A stretch of 64,000 nucleotides of DNA from Penicillus capitatus (GCA_965649825.1 OZ287705.1:700990-764989), one strand, 5' to 3'. Positions 11,635 through 24,845 are shown, counted from the stretch's first letter. Notes: generated by a model not told the origin, from the letters alone. Numbers and translations are program-made.

Positions 11635-13810
11635 TCAAAACAGAGCGTACGTTTCTGGCCATGTGTTGTAAACGACTTGCAATGCTTTGGCGTTCTCTCT
11701 CAGCCTTCGATCGACACCTAAACACCACCGACCGCTAAAGAGCAGTCTACGACTGAAGAGATGGTCGATTTGTAACACAGCGTTTTTCGGATGCCGTGGG
11801 CGCCGCCATAGGCGGCGACAGGGATACGGATGATTACCTTTATCAGGGCTGAATTCGTACAGGCCAAATCGTGGCTGGTATCCCATATTCCATTCAAAAT
11901 TGTCAATGAGTGTCCAATAGAAGACACCTCGGACATCGAATCCGTGTTTAATAGCTCGGACAATCTGCTCACCAGCACAGCACGTCTTCTGTAAGGAGAC
12001 GCTCGACGCACGCACGCACGCACGCACCTCGTTCATGTATCCTTTGATCATAATATGTCTCCGGTCATCTTTATCATCAGCGATGCCCGTCTCGCTGATG
12101 TAAATCGGCAACCCCAAGGAACTGGAGGCCTTGATCACTCGATAGAGCCCTAACAGGACTCCGCCATCGAACAGCCGCTCGGATCAAGGGTACCCCCTAT
12201 CACCTCTGGGATGTATCGGATAGTCCATGTCTGTCATGATTTCTTTCCCAGCTTGCGGTTGCAACGTCCATCCCAATTGCACACTGTACAGAAGGCGCTG
12301 GTCGATGGGTGGTTGTTAAGAGGGGTGGGTGTCACCGTGAGTAATAGTTGATCCCCCACCAGTCACACGGTGGACGACCGTCGGGGTAGGTGTACTCGAG
12401 CGTCGTGCCAAGCAATGGCACTTTCCTACAGAGCACGCGTCAGTCGTGGTGTCCCTGTCGATGGTGTACGGTATGCCATTTAAACTGTCCAGACTTAAAG
12501 AACTTGAGAACGAGGTCCCTTCCCCACCAATAGGTCATCCACTCGGCAGCAAATCTGCACGTAAGGGTTGAGCGATGGACTGTGGTAGACGTCACATCAG
12601 ATGGACTTAGAGATGGAGTTCAGGATGGTCTGGCCCATCGGCACAAACCAGATACAGTGGTGAACAATGCCGATCTGACAATTCTTTCCACAGTCCAAGG
12701 CCTTCAACTCTTTGTAGACCTGCCGACAGACCACGCCGTTAGCGATGCTGCCAGAACCCTCTGTCAACAAACTTGGCAATGTGCCTTCAGTAAGTTCAAC
12801 AGGATGACACCTGCATAGCGGAACCTAAAACGACAGGATCTAAGGCGTTGCTTGACAGGAAGGAGATCTGTTCGACTGAAGATAGCTCCCCGGAGCATGC
12901 AGTCCAGCCATGTATGAACAGAATGTGTAAACGGTCGGTTCATTGAACGTCGCCCAATAAATTGCACGATGCGAAAAAAGTCGAAACGCTTTGATACAGA
13001 AGCCAACGAACAACTCGATGTTTTCTTCCTTCTCGAATCCGCCTGCGCGACATTGGCCTCCCCCTCGTGGCAGGATGAGGGCGGTACCTAAGTCTTGAAA
13101 CCATCCGGGATGGACGAAATGATGAAACGTCACAGACGGTACAATTCCATTCTCTTCCAGACAGTCAAAAATTTCGTTGTACCTGGGAGCAAGGAGGCAG
13201 ACATCACACTTAGGTCACACTTTCACAATGTGTGACCATCACCTAAGAATGGCATCCGTATCGTAGACGCCGCGTTGGGGTTCGATTCGAGCCCATTCCA
13301 ACGAGAAACGAAAGGCATTGCAGTTCATCCTTTTCAGCAAGGCAATGTCTTCCTTGTATCTGAAGGAGGAGAGATGGGTGTGGGTGGAGCGAGAGGGTGC
13401 CGTTGCCTGTTCCAGGTGTCTGGAAATGTGTTCGTCGTGCCATCGGCGATGGTGCTTTTGAGTCCACAGTATCGACGCTCTTTTGCAAATCGTGTCCAAT
13501 TCGAATCGGCGTCTCCCGAGTTCTGCCACATGGAAATGGCCACCCCTGCGAGGTCTCTGTCCGTGCGGTGTGGCGACGGTGGGGATGGTAGGTACCCTTG
13601 AGGAAACGTTTCTCCTCTGTTGCTCGGAGTTTTTTGAGGACGGCCCTTTCTGAAACGACCGTGCCAATGGAATCGTCTGACGGAAAAAAATTGTCGCCTT
13701 CGGCCTCCATCGCGATGCGCTGCTTCGCAAAATGCCTCGCAAATTCGCAGAGATATGACGCGCTTCAAGACATTTACCTCAAACCGTGCGTTCGTACAGA
13801 GACAAGACAT
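11635..13810 (-). CDS. Glycoside hydrolase family 1 (beta-glucosidase-like), multi-exon
   Basis: YKEDIALLKRMNCNAFRFSLEWARIEP, TFHHFVHPGWF, catalytic TFNEP and IYISETG, and YWTLIDNFEW..YQPRFGLY. The start codon is uncertain (13810 or 13710). Confidence 0.88.
12008..12027. repeat. (GCAC)5 microsatellite in a GH1 intron
   Basis: gcacgcacgcacgcacgcac read directly. Confidence 0.9.
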
Positions 13811-14099
13811 ACATTCACGTCCCATCCATACAAGTGACCAAAAAGGAAGGATGGCGATGATCTTCGCGTCTCACTCATTGATAAGTGTGACCTTTCAAAT
13901 GATAGGCCTCGTAGGACGATCCCCTCGTCTTTTCGACAGGTATCGTGGCCATAACCGGCATGAATTGCGCAAAAACCGATGCCGCTAGTCCGCTGAGCTG
14001 AATACCGAGAAAGCCGTGCTGCTTTTCTCGATGCGTTTCTTCTCTGTCCCTACACCGCCGCCACACAGATGTACTGAGTCGACGGGAGAGATGCCGTTC

Positions 14100-15056
14100 T
14101 CACTCTAAGGCTTGGCAGAAGGCTTTCATCACTCGGTATTCACCGTAGGTTGTCTTTCCGTGCGAGTCCGAAGGAACCACGCGATAGACAGAAAGAGATA
14201 AAGCGGAGGAGTCGGCATCGGTGCTTTCGATCACAAAATGCAGCTCTCCGGCTGATCGAATGCGATTGTGGTCGGTCGTGATGAATGCCAGACGGACGCC
14301 CTCTGCAATGTCGTCGCACTGAATCGCCACGATGCGACGGAAAGGAGAAAGGACAGAAGGGATGGACCTGCAGTGGCCATGGCAGAGGCAGATCGGCAGC
14401 AAAGATGAAGGTTTTGGCCCATTCCCTCAACCAAACGACGGTCTCTCGCATCTTTTCATCCCGCACTGCATCCATACCCACACGCGTGACGGACCTATGG
14501 TCCAGGAAGACGCAGAGGAGACCTGCGGCGTTCGAATGCCCTTCAAAAATTGTCCGCTGCATGACGATCTCGGCGTCTGTTAAAGGACCGATGATGCCTG
14601 GCTGGTCTTTAAAGCTTCGTTTCCACGATCTTTCCGTCAACGGCACGGAAGCCAGTCTGCGATCGTAGCTCTGACGCAGGTGGGGATCGATCAGTGTGTG
14701 ATAGGCACGATTGAGCGTAGAACTGGTTTCCTGCCATCATCCATGGTCAGGCATCTCGCCGGTGGTCAGCATAAAGGTCCGAACCTCTTGGCCGCTGACA
14801 TCTGGATGATGCTGTTTCTGCAAACGGCGAAAACTGTGTTTGATCTCCGCGACTGCAGCACAAAGAAAGCGTCAGAGCGTCGCGTAGGCGTCTGTTCTGA
14901 CGGACCCGTGGCGTCCGCGTCGATCTGCAGCACATCGTAGTAGTCGACAAAATCTCCGCTGCTTTTCTCTTTCGTTGCGCAGCGCTGCTGCGTTGGACGC
15001 GAAAGGTACACGCGTCGGACAAATCGCGGTCGGCCGGTCAGTGGTGTTACATTCAT
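14100..15056 (-). CDS. DnaJ (J-domain) protein with probable plastid transit peptide
   Basis: The spliced J-domain reads DYYDVLQIDADATVAEIKHSFRRLQKQHHPDVSGQEETSSTLNRAYHTLIDPHLRQSYD with a canonical HPD. The C-terminal domain is unidentified. Confidence 0.82.
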
Positions 15057-15875
15057 GATAAGGACCGCCCAACCCACTCAGGCAACAGGATAGGATGAAG
15101 GATGGGAAGATGCAGTATCAAGCAGCGCCCGCCGTTCGTACAGATCCTACAGGTAGGCATAGGTCTAGCATCCACATACGCGATTGCCGTGCAATGCGTT
15201 TAAAAGAATGAGGAGAGAGACCGTTTTTTCAGTTGCCTACAACAGCCCGATCAAGTAACCCGCCTCTGATTCTGCATTGATTTTATGTGTTGTTGGGGCC
15301 TCAGCCATTCCAATAGAGAACACGCCGCATCTCATGCCCGAATATAATACTGAGAGAAATCATGTCTGAGCATGCATGCATGTATGTATACATGCACAGA
15401 CCATCAAGATAACCCATATGAGCTCTTCAAGATGCTGATGGTATCAGTAGTGAGCTTTCGATCATTCCGCTTGCTGGAAAGACTTGAGAACGAACGTCAG
15501 ACAGGACAGTCCATTGCTTACCGTCGGACTGCGGCTGTTAATGAAAATTTGCGCACACGGCCGTGCTTGCAAAAATCGAAAGTGGGAAGAAGAAAACCCC
15601 CTCTTGTAAAATAAACGCGGTGGCCATGTCACAGAGGGAACGACTAATGAAAGAACAAATAGAAAACGGTTCACGTATTCAAGTACGACTTATGAAATGA
15701 TTTGAAGTCCGATGCTATGTACATCGTGCCACGGCACTCTGTACGGTCAAGATCTTCGTCTTTATCAAACAACATCAAGCACAACAGCAACATTGTTATG
15801 TCCAGTCTACCCTTGTGTGTGTATGTCGGTAGGTAGGTAGGTTGGTTGGCAGGTCGGATTCAATTTCCATCTTCT

Positions 15876-18586
15876 TCAGGCTTGAGAGTATCGCGCCCTT
15901 CGAAGACCAGCAAGGCTCTTCAGTTTTTGAAAGCGTTGTCCTTTTGGGGGTTGTTGGGTACTCTTTTCTTTGCCAAGGGCGACGTCTGAGTCACAGCTGT
16001 CGGTCCTTGACCTTCTAAAACTAACAGATAAAGTTGATGCTCTCTTATCTGTTTTCCGGCTTCGGGTTGATGGTAGACTAAAGGACTGGCCTCTAACTGT
16101 TTTATTCATTTCCGCCAACAGGTCTGCCTGGTCCTTAAAGGACAAAGTGGCGGCGGATCCAAAAGAGTTCATTCTCGATACGACTCTTTCCGCCTTCTTC
16201 TTTTCCGCTTTCTTGGATGCCTCGATGCTCTTCATCCTCTGAAAGATCTTTGACAACATTTTCTTTTCTTCACAATCGCTTTCCATTGCACGGCTAGCAG
16301 TAAACAATGAGCTATAGGCACCAGACTGGACCACTTGATCGCAGACCTACACAGAAAATAAAGACGGTATGTATAACGGCGGCGGCGGCGGCCGTATGGA
16401 TGTGCGTTACCTCGTCCAGAGCAAATTTGGACATCTTGCACAGAACATAGACCGTGTCCGTTTTGAGTCTCGGATTGGCTTCTTGGAGAAATTCACAGAG
16501 CTGTGGGATGATGGAAGACGATGTCAGATAGCTGGAGCACTCTTTGAACGAAAGACTCTTGAGAATCTCAAATCCGAGTCGCTTGAGCTGAATACTACAA
16601 CTATTGACGAGTTCTGCAAGGACATCAAATCCGCAGTGCTGGGCCAGAAGACGCGAGGTCTTCACTGGAAGTGCAGTAAGGACATTCATGACGATGTCAT
16701 GGATTTCTTGACAGACAATTCCGGTAGGAGTCACGAATTCTAACAAGCGCGAAAGAATGCCTGTGTCACAAATTGCCCGAGCACCAGGCTTCAACGCCGA
16801 CACGGACTGCAGCACGGTAAAGAGATGATCCAGTCCAGGTTCATGTTGAAAGGGTCCTTCTCCTGATTTCTGCTGATCTAAGAAGTCTGTAAAGAGAACG
16901 TCGGTTTTGGGCACGACCCCGAGGTCGATGCATTGTTGGGGTGTCTCGATTGGGCCCTTCTCGATGATACGGGCACACAGGCTCCAGCATCGTCTTCTGA
17001 GATTCACGCAATCGCTGTCAAACCATGCCACAATGTCTGTGAGCACTCCGGTGGCAAGAACATCGTCACAACGGTCTTCTTCTTCGATAAGTTTGGTAAG
17101 GATATTGAGGACAATCAATTTGACGGCACTTGTGCCTTCGTTCATTTCTGTTCTGAGGCGCTGCAATTCTGAGGAACCCAAGTTTTTTGCCATGGCCTGA
17201 CGTGCGACAACGTCCGCTTCAATCATGGAATGGATGATATGGAGTGCCGCCTGCGTTACCGACATCGCATGCGGTAACTGAGCAAGGAAACTGTCACTCT
17301 TGGCCAAATCGGTCGCCATTCTATCGTGCATATCCCATGCCACGACCAAGATATCGATGGCCTTGGATGCACACGCTTTGGTATCCCTCAGAATAATGTT
17401 GCTCAGAAAATGCGCTTCGTCCGTTCCGACGTCGAACTGTTTGCGGTGCACGGCATCCAACAGTCCGTCGAGGAGATGGAGACGCACAGATTCGAGCTCT
17501 TCTCCCTTACCCTGCTCGTAGATCTCTCTGAATAACATGTATGCCATCTGGGCAGGTAGATTCTGTAGATCTTTGCCATTGGATGCGTTGACGTTCTTTC
17601 CAAAGAGCGCAATCGCCAATGGTTTAATCTCCGCATCCTCCATTCTGAGCAACGGTGTCAGAAACTGCACGACGTCGTCTTCCTTCAATTTCGCTGCGAC
17701 AACGTCGACGTGCTGGATCTCTGCAAGGCATTTGAGAGCGCCCAGTTTGGTTGGCAGCTCATTCTCTTCCCTCAGCATTTTAATCAAGGAAGGCAGAGCA
17801 CGAGAGAGAAGAGTTTTGACTTCGGCGTCGTTGTCCTTGGAGACGAGACGCACCAGAGACAGAACAGACGTACAAGCGTAAGTCGCCACTTCGATCTCGT
17901 TCTCATAATCGATCTTGTCTAGAATAAAATCCATAACCTTGCATTCCATAAAGGTCTGGCCAGACCATACATACACACATAGTGTGAGAAAACAAAGACG
18001 TCACAGTACTTAAGCGCACCTGGCAGTACTCAAGATTATGCTGAATCAAAGTCGTCATGCATCTTAGTGCCCCTTCACGTGTTTCGCGTCTCTTGGCGGT
18101 GATGAGGCGCTTGACAATGGTCAGGACTTCCGCCGGCTGCAAAAGAAGTGTCGACTCTTGGCCTAAGCACAGCCTCGCCAGGAGGTCTGCACAGGCGAAA
18201 GAGCCGTCCATGTCCGTCGTCATCGATGCCATGCATGAAAGAAGTTTTTGAAAAAGCGGTATCACATTGAGCAGGACTTCCTCCTCATCGAGTCTCGTAA
18301 AGGACCCCATTTCACCTGCATGGGTACCAGGGACCCACGCTTGTTTCAGAACGGCGTTAAGATCTCTGGGATGTCTGGCAGCGATGAGAAGCTGCACCAG
18401 CGAACCGACGAGATTCGCGTCATCTGAAACTTCGCGTTCGCCTTCGCCTTCGCGTTCGTCAGGTGGTGACCCCTCGTGGCGGACCGTCGATGAAAGGGAG
18501 AGGTCTTTGGAATGGTGAAAATGCAGTGTCAGGGTGCCGTCGTCGTTCGACGTCAGTCCGACGCCGACCACTTTGTTGGACACCAT
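15876..18586 (-). CDS. Armadillo/HEAT-repeat protein
   Basis: Long helical, Leu-rich open frames (554 aa core) with ARM-like patterns such as IIPQLCEFLQEANPRLKTDTVYVLCKMS. Confidence 0.7.
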
Positions 18587-18949
18587 TCGGTCAGTTCGGC
18601 AGAAGATGATGCTGTCCAAGAAAGGCACTGTTGTTTACTGAGAGACTCGGCACGGAGTCCACTCAACGTGGCCAGACAACACAGAGCAGTACACGTTCAG
18701 TTGTATCAATCAATCGACAACAGTCTACGCAATTCCAATCCACTAACGCCGCTGGAAAAACGGTTCCTACTGTGGGAACGCAGCTACGCCCGTTTGAATT
18801 GATAAGAGGCGTTGTTGGAAGAGATTTTTTGAGCTTCGAGGCACAAGTCAACAAGTCGCGTCGTGCGATAAGCGCCCTTCTTTTCCTAAGGCTTTGATGG
18901 AACAAACGTCTGACTGGACGCTTTGGATAAGCTCCTTGTAAGATGTCTT

Positions 18950-19345
18950 CTAACCGACACGCATCTTCGTCATCTGCGAAAAAATGCACGCCGTGTAAAT
19001 GACGACGCGGGAGTTTCTGTGTCTTGTCGTCTCGGTGAATGCCGCCCTTGCATTTGAGCTCGGCATCGGTCGGCCGAAGGAGACGGAGAGCGTCTTGACG
19101 CATTCGCCATTGATGACGGTCGCGTCTTCGAGACACCAGGAGCATTGAGAGACGTCAACGGCGGGGGTTGCCTCCTTGCGCTGATTGGACACCGTGTCCA
19201 GCTCTGTCCAGTAGCGCCGCCGGTTGGCGAATTGGCGGCGGAGGCGGATGTTGACGTTCTTCTCGGTGAGCTGCACGACGATATCCGCGACGCTTTGCAA
19301 AAGGGCGACGAAAACAGTCCCACAACATGAGATGGTTTTGTACAT
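18950..19345 (-). CDS. Uncharacterised ORF3 whose ATG overlaps the IspE stop (TGATG)
   Basis: MYKTISCCGTVFVALLQSVADIVVQLTEKNVNIRLRRQFANRRRYWTELD..., 131 codons unspliced. It may splice onward toward 18663. No family recognised. Confidence 0.5.
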   Translation of the reverse strand: MYKTISCCGTVFVALLQSVADIVVQLTEKNVNIRLRRQFANRRRYWTELDTVSNQRKEATPAVDVSQCSWCLEDATVINGECVKTLSVSFGRPMPSSNARAAFTETTRHRNSRVVIYTACIFSQMTKMRVG

Positions 19346-20478
19346 CACCCTTGTACGACGGCACTGGTCGTCCAGGCATTGCTCGGCGTGTACCACTTCC
19401 CCGCCATCCGGTTGATAAGTCGAGCAGGCGAGACGAACAGATCGCTGTATTTTTCTTCCTTGGATAGGAAATCGGGAACGTCGTCCGATCCAAAGCATAC
19501 GATGGTGCTGCCGCTGCCTGTCATGAAAACCGATTCGAAATTGCCTTCCCGTTTCAGCCTTTCTTTCAGTTCCGCCAGCTCCGGAAGAATGGAGAAGGCA
19601 GGAGGCTCAAGATCGTTGACACACAGCTCCTGGGTGATCGTGCCTCTCTGCCGCAACCCATCGAGCAACTCCAGTGGATCTGCCATGCTGCGGCCGTCCA
19701 AATCCAGTGTCTTGAAAATCTGAGGCGTCAATAGACTGACGGGAGGCTTGACGAGGAGCATCGGCGTGGACAACGGTATCGGCGGCATCACGTTCTCCAC
19801 AATCTCCCCGCGACCTGCATCCCCTCGCATTGCCATTGAAAACCGCAAGAGAGAGGACCTGTGCAGTAGGCAGCGCCTTCGGAGAAGAAGACGGAGATGT
19901 CAGATCCGATCTCCCCCGACCAATCCAGCAGATCCTGATTCGATGCAACCTGCAGCACAAGAGGGGTAACACGGTTGCGATGCTGCCGGAGGGGCAACGT
20001 TTCCGCAGATTTCGTTGGCTGCCCACAGAGTAGTGGCTGCGTTTGCACTTCCGCCGCCGAGTCCAGCTCCATGAGGCACCGTCTTCTGCAGGTCGATATC
20101 GAAATGCTGTTGGATGTCCGTCTTGGAACGGTAGAGATTCAATGCCTTGATGACGAGATTGGAATCGTCAGTCGGAATGTCGGCGATGTTACACGTCAAT
20201 CGATCGCTCTTTCCTTCGATGGGTGCCATCTCCATACGGTCTCCCAAATCGATGACATGAAAAAGAGATGCCAGATCATGAAAGCCATCTGGCCGACGCC
20301 CCATGATTCTCAAAAACAGGTTAATTTTAGAGGGAGAAAACACCGACAGTCGATCGGATGCGCCCAGTGCACTTGGTCGTGCCACACAGCGACGCTTTGG
20401 TGAATGTGCGTGATACCATCGGCCTAAGGGTCCACGGTTATGCGTAGGGGTCTCCGATCTCAGACGCAGAAGAGACAT
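19345..20478 (-). CDS. ISPE: 4-diphosphocytidyl-2-C-methyl-D-erythritol kinase, plastid (MEP pathway)
   Basis: SPSKINLFLRI..RPDGFHDLASLFHVIDLGD, GAGLGGGSANAAT, SDISVFFSEGAAYCTG, NDLEPPAF and FMTGSGST, preceded by a transit-peptide-like N-terminus. Confidence 0.95.
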
Positions 20479-20786
20479 CAGGTGGATTTTGGCGTTTCAA
20501 CGTCGAGAGCGACGTAGGGTTTCAATTCGAAGTTCAGTAAAGAAGGCACGACGTATCTCGGCCTCTTCAAGGGAGACACAATGTATCCTCCTGCAGACAT
20601 CCCTCGCCTGAGCAGACCTTCGCTTTCTGGCGACAGAGATCGACCTTTGGCCGTGTGTCTTCCTGTCGGCAGGCACCCTTTGCCCTTAAAGTATGTTTTT
20701 GCGCCGCGTTTTGAGCTGAGTTGCCAGTAGCCTTTCGTCGGTGCACGCTTTGCTCGCACAAAGGCAGCCAAGATGCGTGTAAGCAT
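20478..20786 (-). CDS. MRPL41: Mitochondrial ribosomal protein mL41 (L27 family), one in-frame intron
   Basis: LSSKRGAKTYFKGKGCLPTGRHTAK/GGYIV..RPRYVVPSLLNFELKPYVA. Confidence 0.9.
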   Translation of the reverse strand: MLTRILAAFVRAKRAPTKGYWQLSSKRGAKTYFKGKGCLPTGRHTAKGRSLSPESEGLLRRGMSAGGYIVSPLKRPRYVVPSLLNFELKPYVALDVETPKST

Positions 20787-20929
20787 GCCGATGGATGATG
20801 TGACTGGCTGGGATCAACGGATTCAGAGTATTCATCCGTACGACCCTTTCGGCGGCGCAGAGCAATCGACCAGACCATAAAGACAGCACCTCCGAGCACT
20901 GCAAATTCTTGCCGATTTCGATAGCCACG

Positions 20930-23192
20930 ATGTCCGACGTGTTACAGAGTCATGCCTCCCTCTTTGACGAGAAGGTGATGGAGATGACGTCGAGGAGTCA
21001 CCGTCAAGCACGACGCTTCTGTCTTTGTGCAGACCAGTGGATTTCTGCAGTCTTTGGTGGCGGAAGGCCAAGAGCATCTGTTTCGCGATTGGCCAGCACT
21101 CGGTATTCCTTTCAGACAGCGAAACGTCGCATCGCGAGTGGAGATGGTTGGTAGGAACGGGCGACGACGATAAGAAGAGATTAGTGACGCAGCTTCAGGG
21201 GATCGATGCATCGACGGAAGGAGGTCTCATCGAATACGTCCGTCGAGCCAAAAAGCTCCTCGACGAATCCAAACGCGGTGCGCATCGTCCTGCGTCTGGT
21301 GTCCCCGCACAGGCGTCGGTGGATGTGTAGGGGTGAATCCAATGGACGGCTATACGCCCAGTGTGCCAACCGGCAAGAGCCTCGACTTTGGCAGCGATGC
21401 ATTTCAGCAGCTAGAGAATCAAGGCAGAGAGACATCGATCATCGAGATATCGGCAAAGCGGTGTTGTGTGATGCAGGCGTCGTCGAAGCGGGGAAGTCTG
21501 TCTTTGTGTTGGTGGCCGGCGGCTTAGGAGAGCGTCTCGGGTTTTCTGGCATCAAAGTGGCGCTTCCGTGCGAGACGGCCAGATACACTTCGTTCCTGCA
21601 GCTGTACATTGAGAGCATTCTGGCCATCCAGGCCAAGGCCCGGAAAGAAGGCAGTCCTGATCTTCTCCTTCCTTTTGTCCTGATGACGTCGGATGACACG
21701 CACGCGCGAACAATGGACTTCCTCGAACAGCATCAGTACTTTGGCATGCAGAAAGAGCAAGTGTGATTTTGTGTGACCGTATGAAGATAGCGAAGAGCGG
21801 GTGTGTGGTGTGGACGCAGGTGCATGTCTTAAAGCAAGAGAAGGTGGCATGTCTGGCAGACAGCGATGCACGTATCGCTCTGGAGAAGAACGATGCCTAT
21901 GTCGTAGAGACGAAGCCGCACGGCCATGGCGATATCCATTCCTTGATCCATTCGAGCGGCCTGCTGTCGGGCTGGGTGGCACAGGGCCTCAAATGGCTCT
22001 GTATCTTTCAGGATACGAATGCTCTCGTTTTCAATGGACTGTTAGCGGCACTGGGTGTCAGCGCCGCCGAAAACTATGACATGAATTCTCTGGCCGTTCC
22101 GAGAAAGGCCAAAGAGGCGATCGGTGCGATCGCTACGCTGAAACACGAGAACGGATCGGAGATCACGATCAACGTCGAGTACAACCAGTTGGATCCGATG
22201 CTGCGGAACACCATTAACAAAGAAGGAGATGTCAATGACGCCACAGGATTCTCCCCGTTTCCTGGCAACGTCAATCAGTTGGTGTTCAAAGTGTGACTTG
22301 TGTGGTGTGATGTGACGTGGCCACGATGGATGTCTGTTTGTGCTTAGCTGGATACATACATGGAGCAGCTGAAGAAGACAAGTGGCCTCATTTCGGAATT
22401 CGTCAATCCAAAATACAAAGATGCCACGAAAACGGCGTTCCAGAAATCGACCCGACTCGAATGCATGATGCAAGACTATCCAAAAACGCTCTCGGCGGAA
22501 GCGAAGGTCGGATTTACCACCATCAACCAGGTCCGTCTCTTCAGACCTGTCACATCATCGTTCAGTATCAGGCGTAGGTGTGGGCAACGTACTCTCCTGT
22601 CAAGAACGCCGTGGCGGCGGCTGTGAAGAAGGTCGAGGAGGGATGCCCACCGCACAGCGCGACGGCAGCAGAGGCAGATCTGTATGAGTCCAATTGCAAG
22701 AGGCTAACGCAGATCGGCGTACACGTCGGCGAAGCGGACGTCTATACCTTCAACGGCATGCAGACGACGTTCCATCCACGTGTGATGATCACGCCTTCCT
22801 TTGCCTTGACGTTTCAAGATCTAAAGGTGCGTGGCCTCACACGGTGAAAGAATACAGAGGCGATGCCGGACGTTGGATCCAGGACAAATTTCCGTCCCCT
22901 TCACGCGTGACCATCAAGAAAGGATCCGTGTGTATCTTGGACGGATCCAGCATCACGGTCGAGGATCTGGAATTGGACGGCGCGCTCGTCGTGTCAACCA
23001 CGAATGCATTGACGATCAAGGATGCAAAGGTACGAGCCTTGGCGTTGTCGAATTGCTCAATCGGCGGCGTGTGTCTTGCAGATCGCTAACAAAGGATGGG
23101 CAGTGAAAGCCGTGGAGGACGACAGTGCAGTGGCCGAAGAGATTCGCATTCGCGGATTCATTTTTGACAAGATCGAGACGGAGACCATGTAA
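20930..23192 (+). CDS. USP: UDP-sugar pyrophosphorylase, multi-exon
   Basis: [81 protein letters not shown] and YSPVKN. Confidence 0.95.
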
Positions 23193-23759
23193 ACGCGATG
23201 TCACCTTTCAGATGCACTGCCGACATAGAAGCTATCCTTAGCCTTAGCCAGCGTCGGATTATCAAGATGCCGACGTTCTTCGAATGTCTCTGTGTCTGTT
23301 ATCTACAGCGATGCCCGTGAGCATCGGCGGAGAGGATGACCAGCTGTAGAGACAGTGAATGTGATCGTGAACGGACCCTTTCTGTTACTGAGTAAAGATG
23401 ACAGTACTTGCAGAAGCTGCGACGGTTAGCGTTGGATCGATGCTGGATGTGTTGTCCACGGCTGTGGGCGCTGAGAGGCATCGATGAAAAGCGTCGTCGT
23501 CGTCGTCGCGTGAAAAGACGTTGAAGCACCGAACTGTCGTCGAACTTCTGTCGTTCGCTTCGTTGCGCGTTACCCACGTGTCCCGTACCGCGACAGCGTT
23601 TATTGCTGCCTCGGACAACTGTGGGCATTGGACCGGCATTCCGCTGCTTTCAGGTTCGCACAACAGGATGGACGGTTAGAATTTGGTAATGGCGTGATTC
23701 CTGTATTCAGGGCTCGTCCCTCTCCGTCACGACCTCTGTGTTCGGCACCACGAAATTCG

Positions 23760-24491
23760 ATGCATCTGGAAGAACCGCAGGGCGCAGCGTCGTTTCTCTC
23801 TGAAAGTTCAGATGAAGATCTCGATATGGAACCGCACCATCTGGCCGTTGCTGGTGAGGAAGGAGAAAGACAAGGCTCTGTCGTCATGGCCGAAAACGAT
23901 GCACCAAACGGTACGCGTGGAGCATCTCCATAACCTGCTGTCTACATCGACCCTCCTGTAGAAGATCTCACAGACACATCGTCCGAAACAGAGAGCACAG
24001 ACGCGACAGGTTCCGCCCGGCAGGCGCCATGACGCTTGATATTGACGGATGCGTTTTAGGCGGCGAGGGAGATGCGCCGTGCAAGACTAGAGAGAAGTTC
24101 TATAGGGCGATGCTCTCAAACATGAGCGAGATCGAGCTCGATAGGTGACGGTCGTTGAGTGAAGGGGCATGGAGGAGCAGGGTAGGGTGTGTGTGGTCTC
24201 AGGTATGAAGCCTATCGTCGCTCGTGTCTGCCTCGACCCAAGATGCGAAAACTGATTGCGTCGCTGAGTCATTTGCCGGTGAACGATGACAAGATCCTCA
24301 TCGTCGTCTGTTCGCTCGCCAAAATGTTCGTCGGCGAGATCGTTCAGGAATCGAGAGTGGTGGCATCCGCCGCCGGGGAATCTGGATCCCTTCGACCCGA
24401 GCACATACGCGCAGCCTTTAAGAAACTGGAGGCTCACGGACGAGTGATGCGCCGCCGGTCGATGAAGCGATTTTTTCGATGCGCCGCCTGA
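23760..24491 (+). CDS. TAF11: TFIID subunit TAF11 (histone-fold)
   Basis: Acidic N-terminus, then the spliced MSEIELDRYEAYRRSCLPRPKMRKLI..AKMFVGEIVQ..LRPEHIRAAFKKL. Confidence 0.88.
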
Positions 24492-24845
24492 GCAATGGAT
24501 GAATGGATGGTTGATTGAATGGTTCATAGAGCAGAGGTTTATTGCATTTAAGAGGGATTGTCATCGTCCAAATCAAATCTCTCAGAAATCGTCGACCCAT
24601 GCCTCAATGTACATGACTAGCAGAGACACCTCAAAACAACGCGGATCATCAGTGGCCAAACAATAACTACACGAGGAAGAAAGGAGAAATAATGAGCAGA
24701 CGTCGTCGTCGTATCATATCAGCTGTCACTTCACTGCGTAGGGACACGTATGCTGCGCAGAAAGAACACTTGTATGGTGCGTGCGACAAACACGCTGTTT
24801 TTTTGTGCTCTTTGGCAGCCGCTTGTCTGACAGGTCGGCCTGCGT

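Noticed and set aside
23299-23640. Small spliced minus-strand gene between USP and TAF11
   Set aside because: Intron-like segments exist, but no phase-consistent exon chain or recognisable product could be built.
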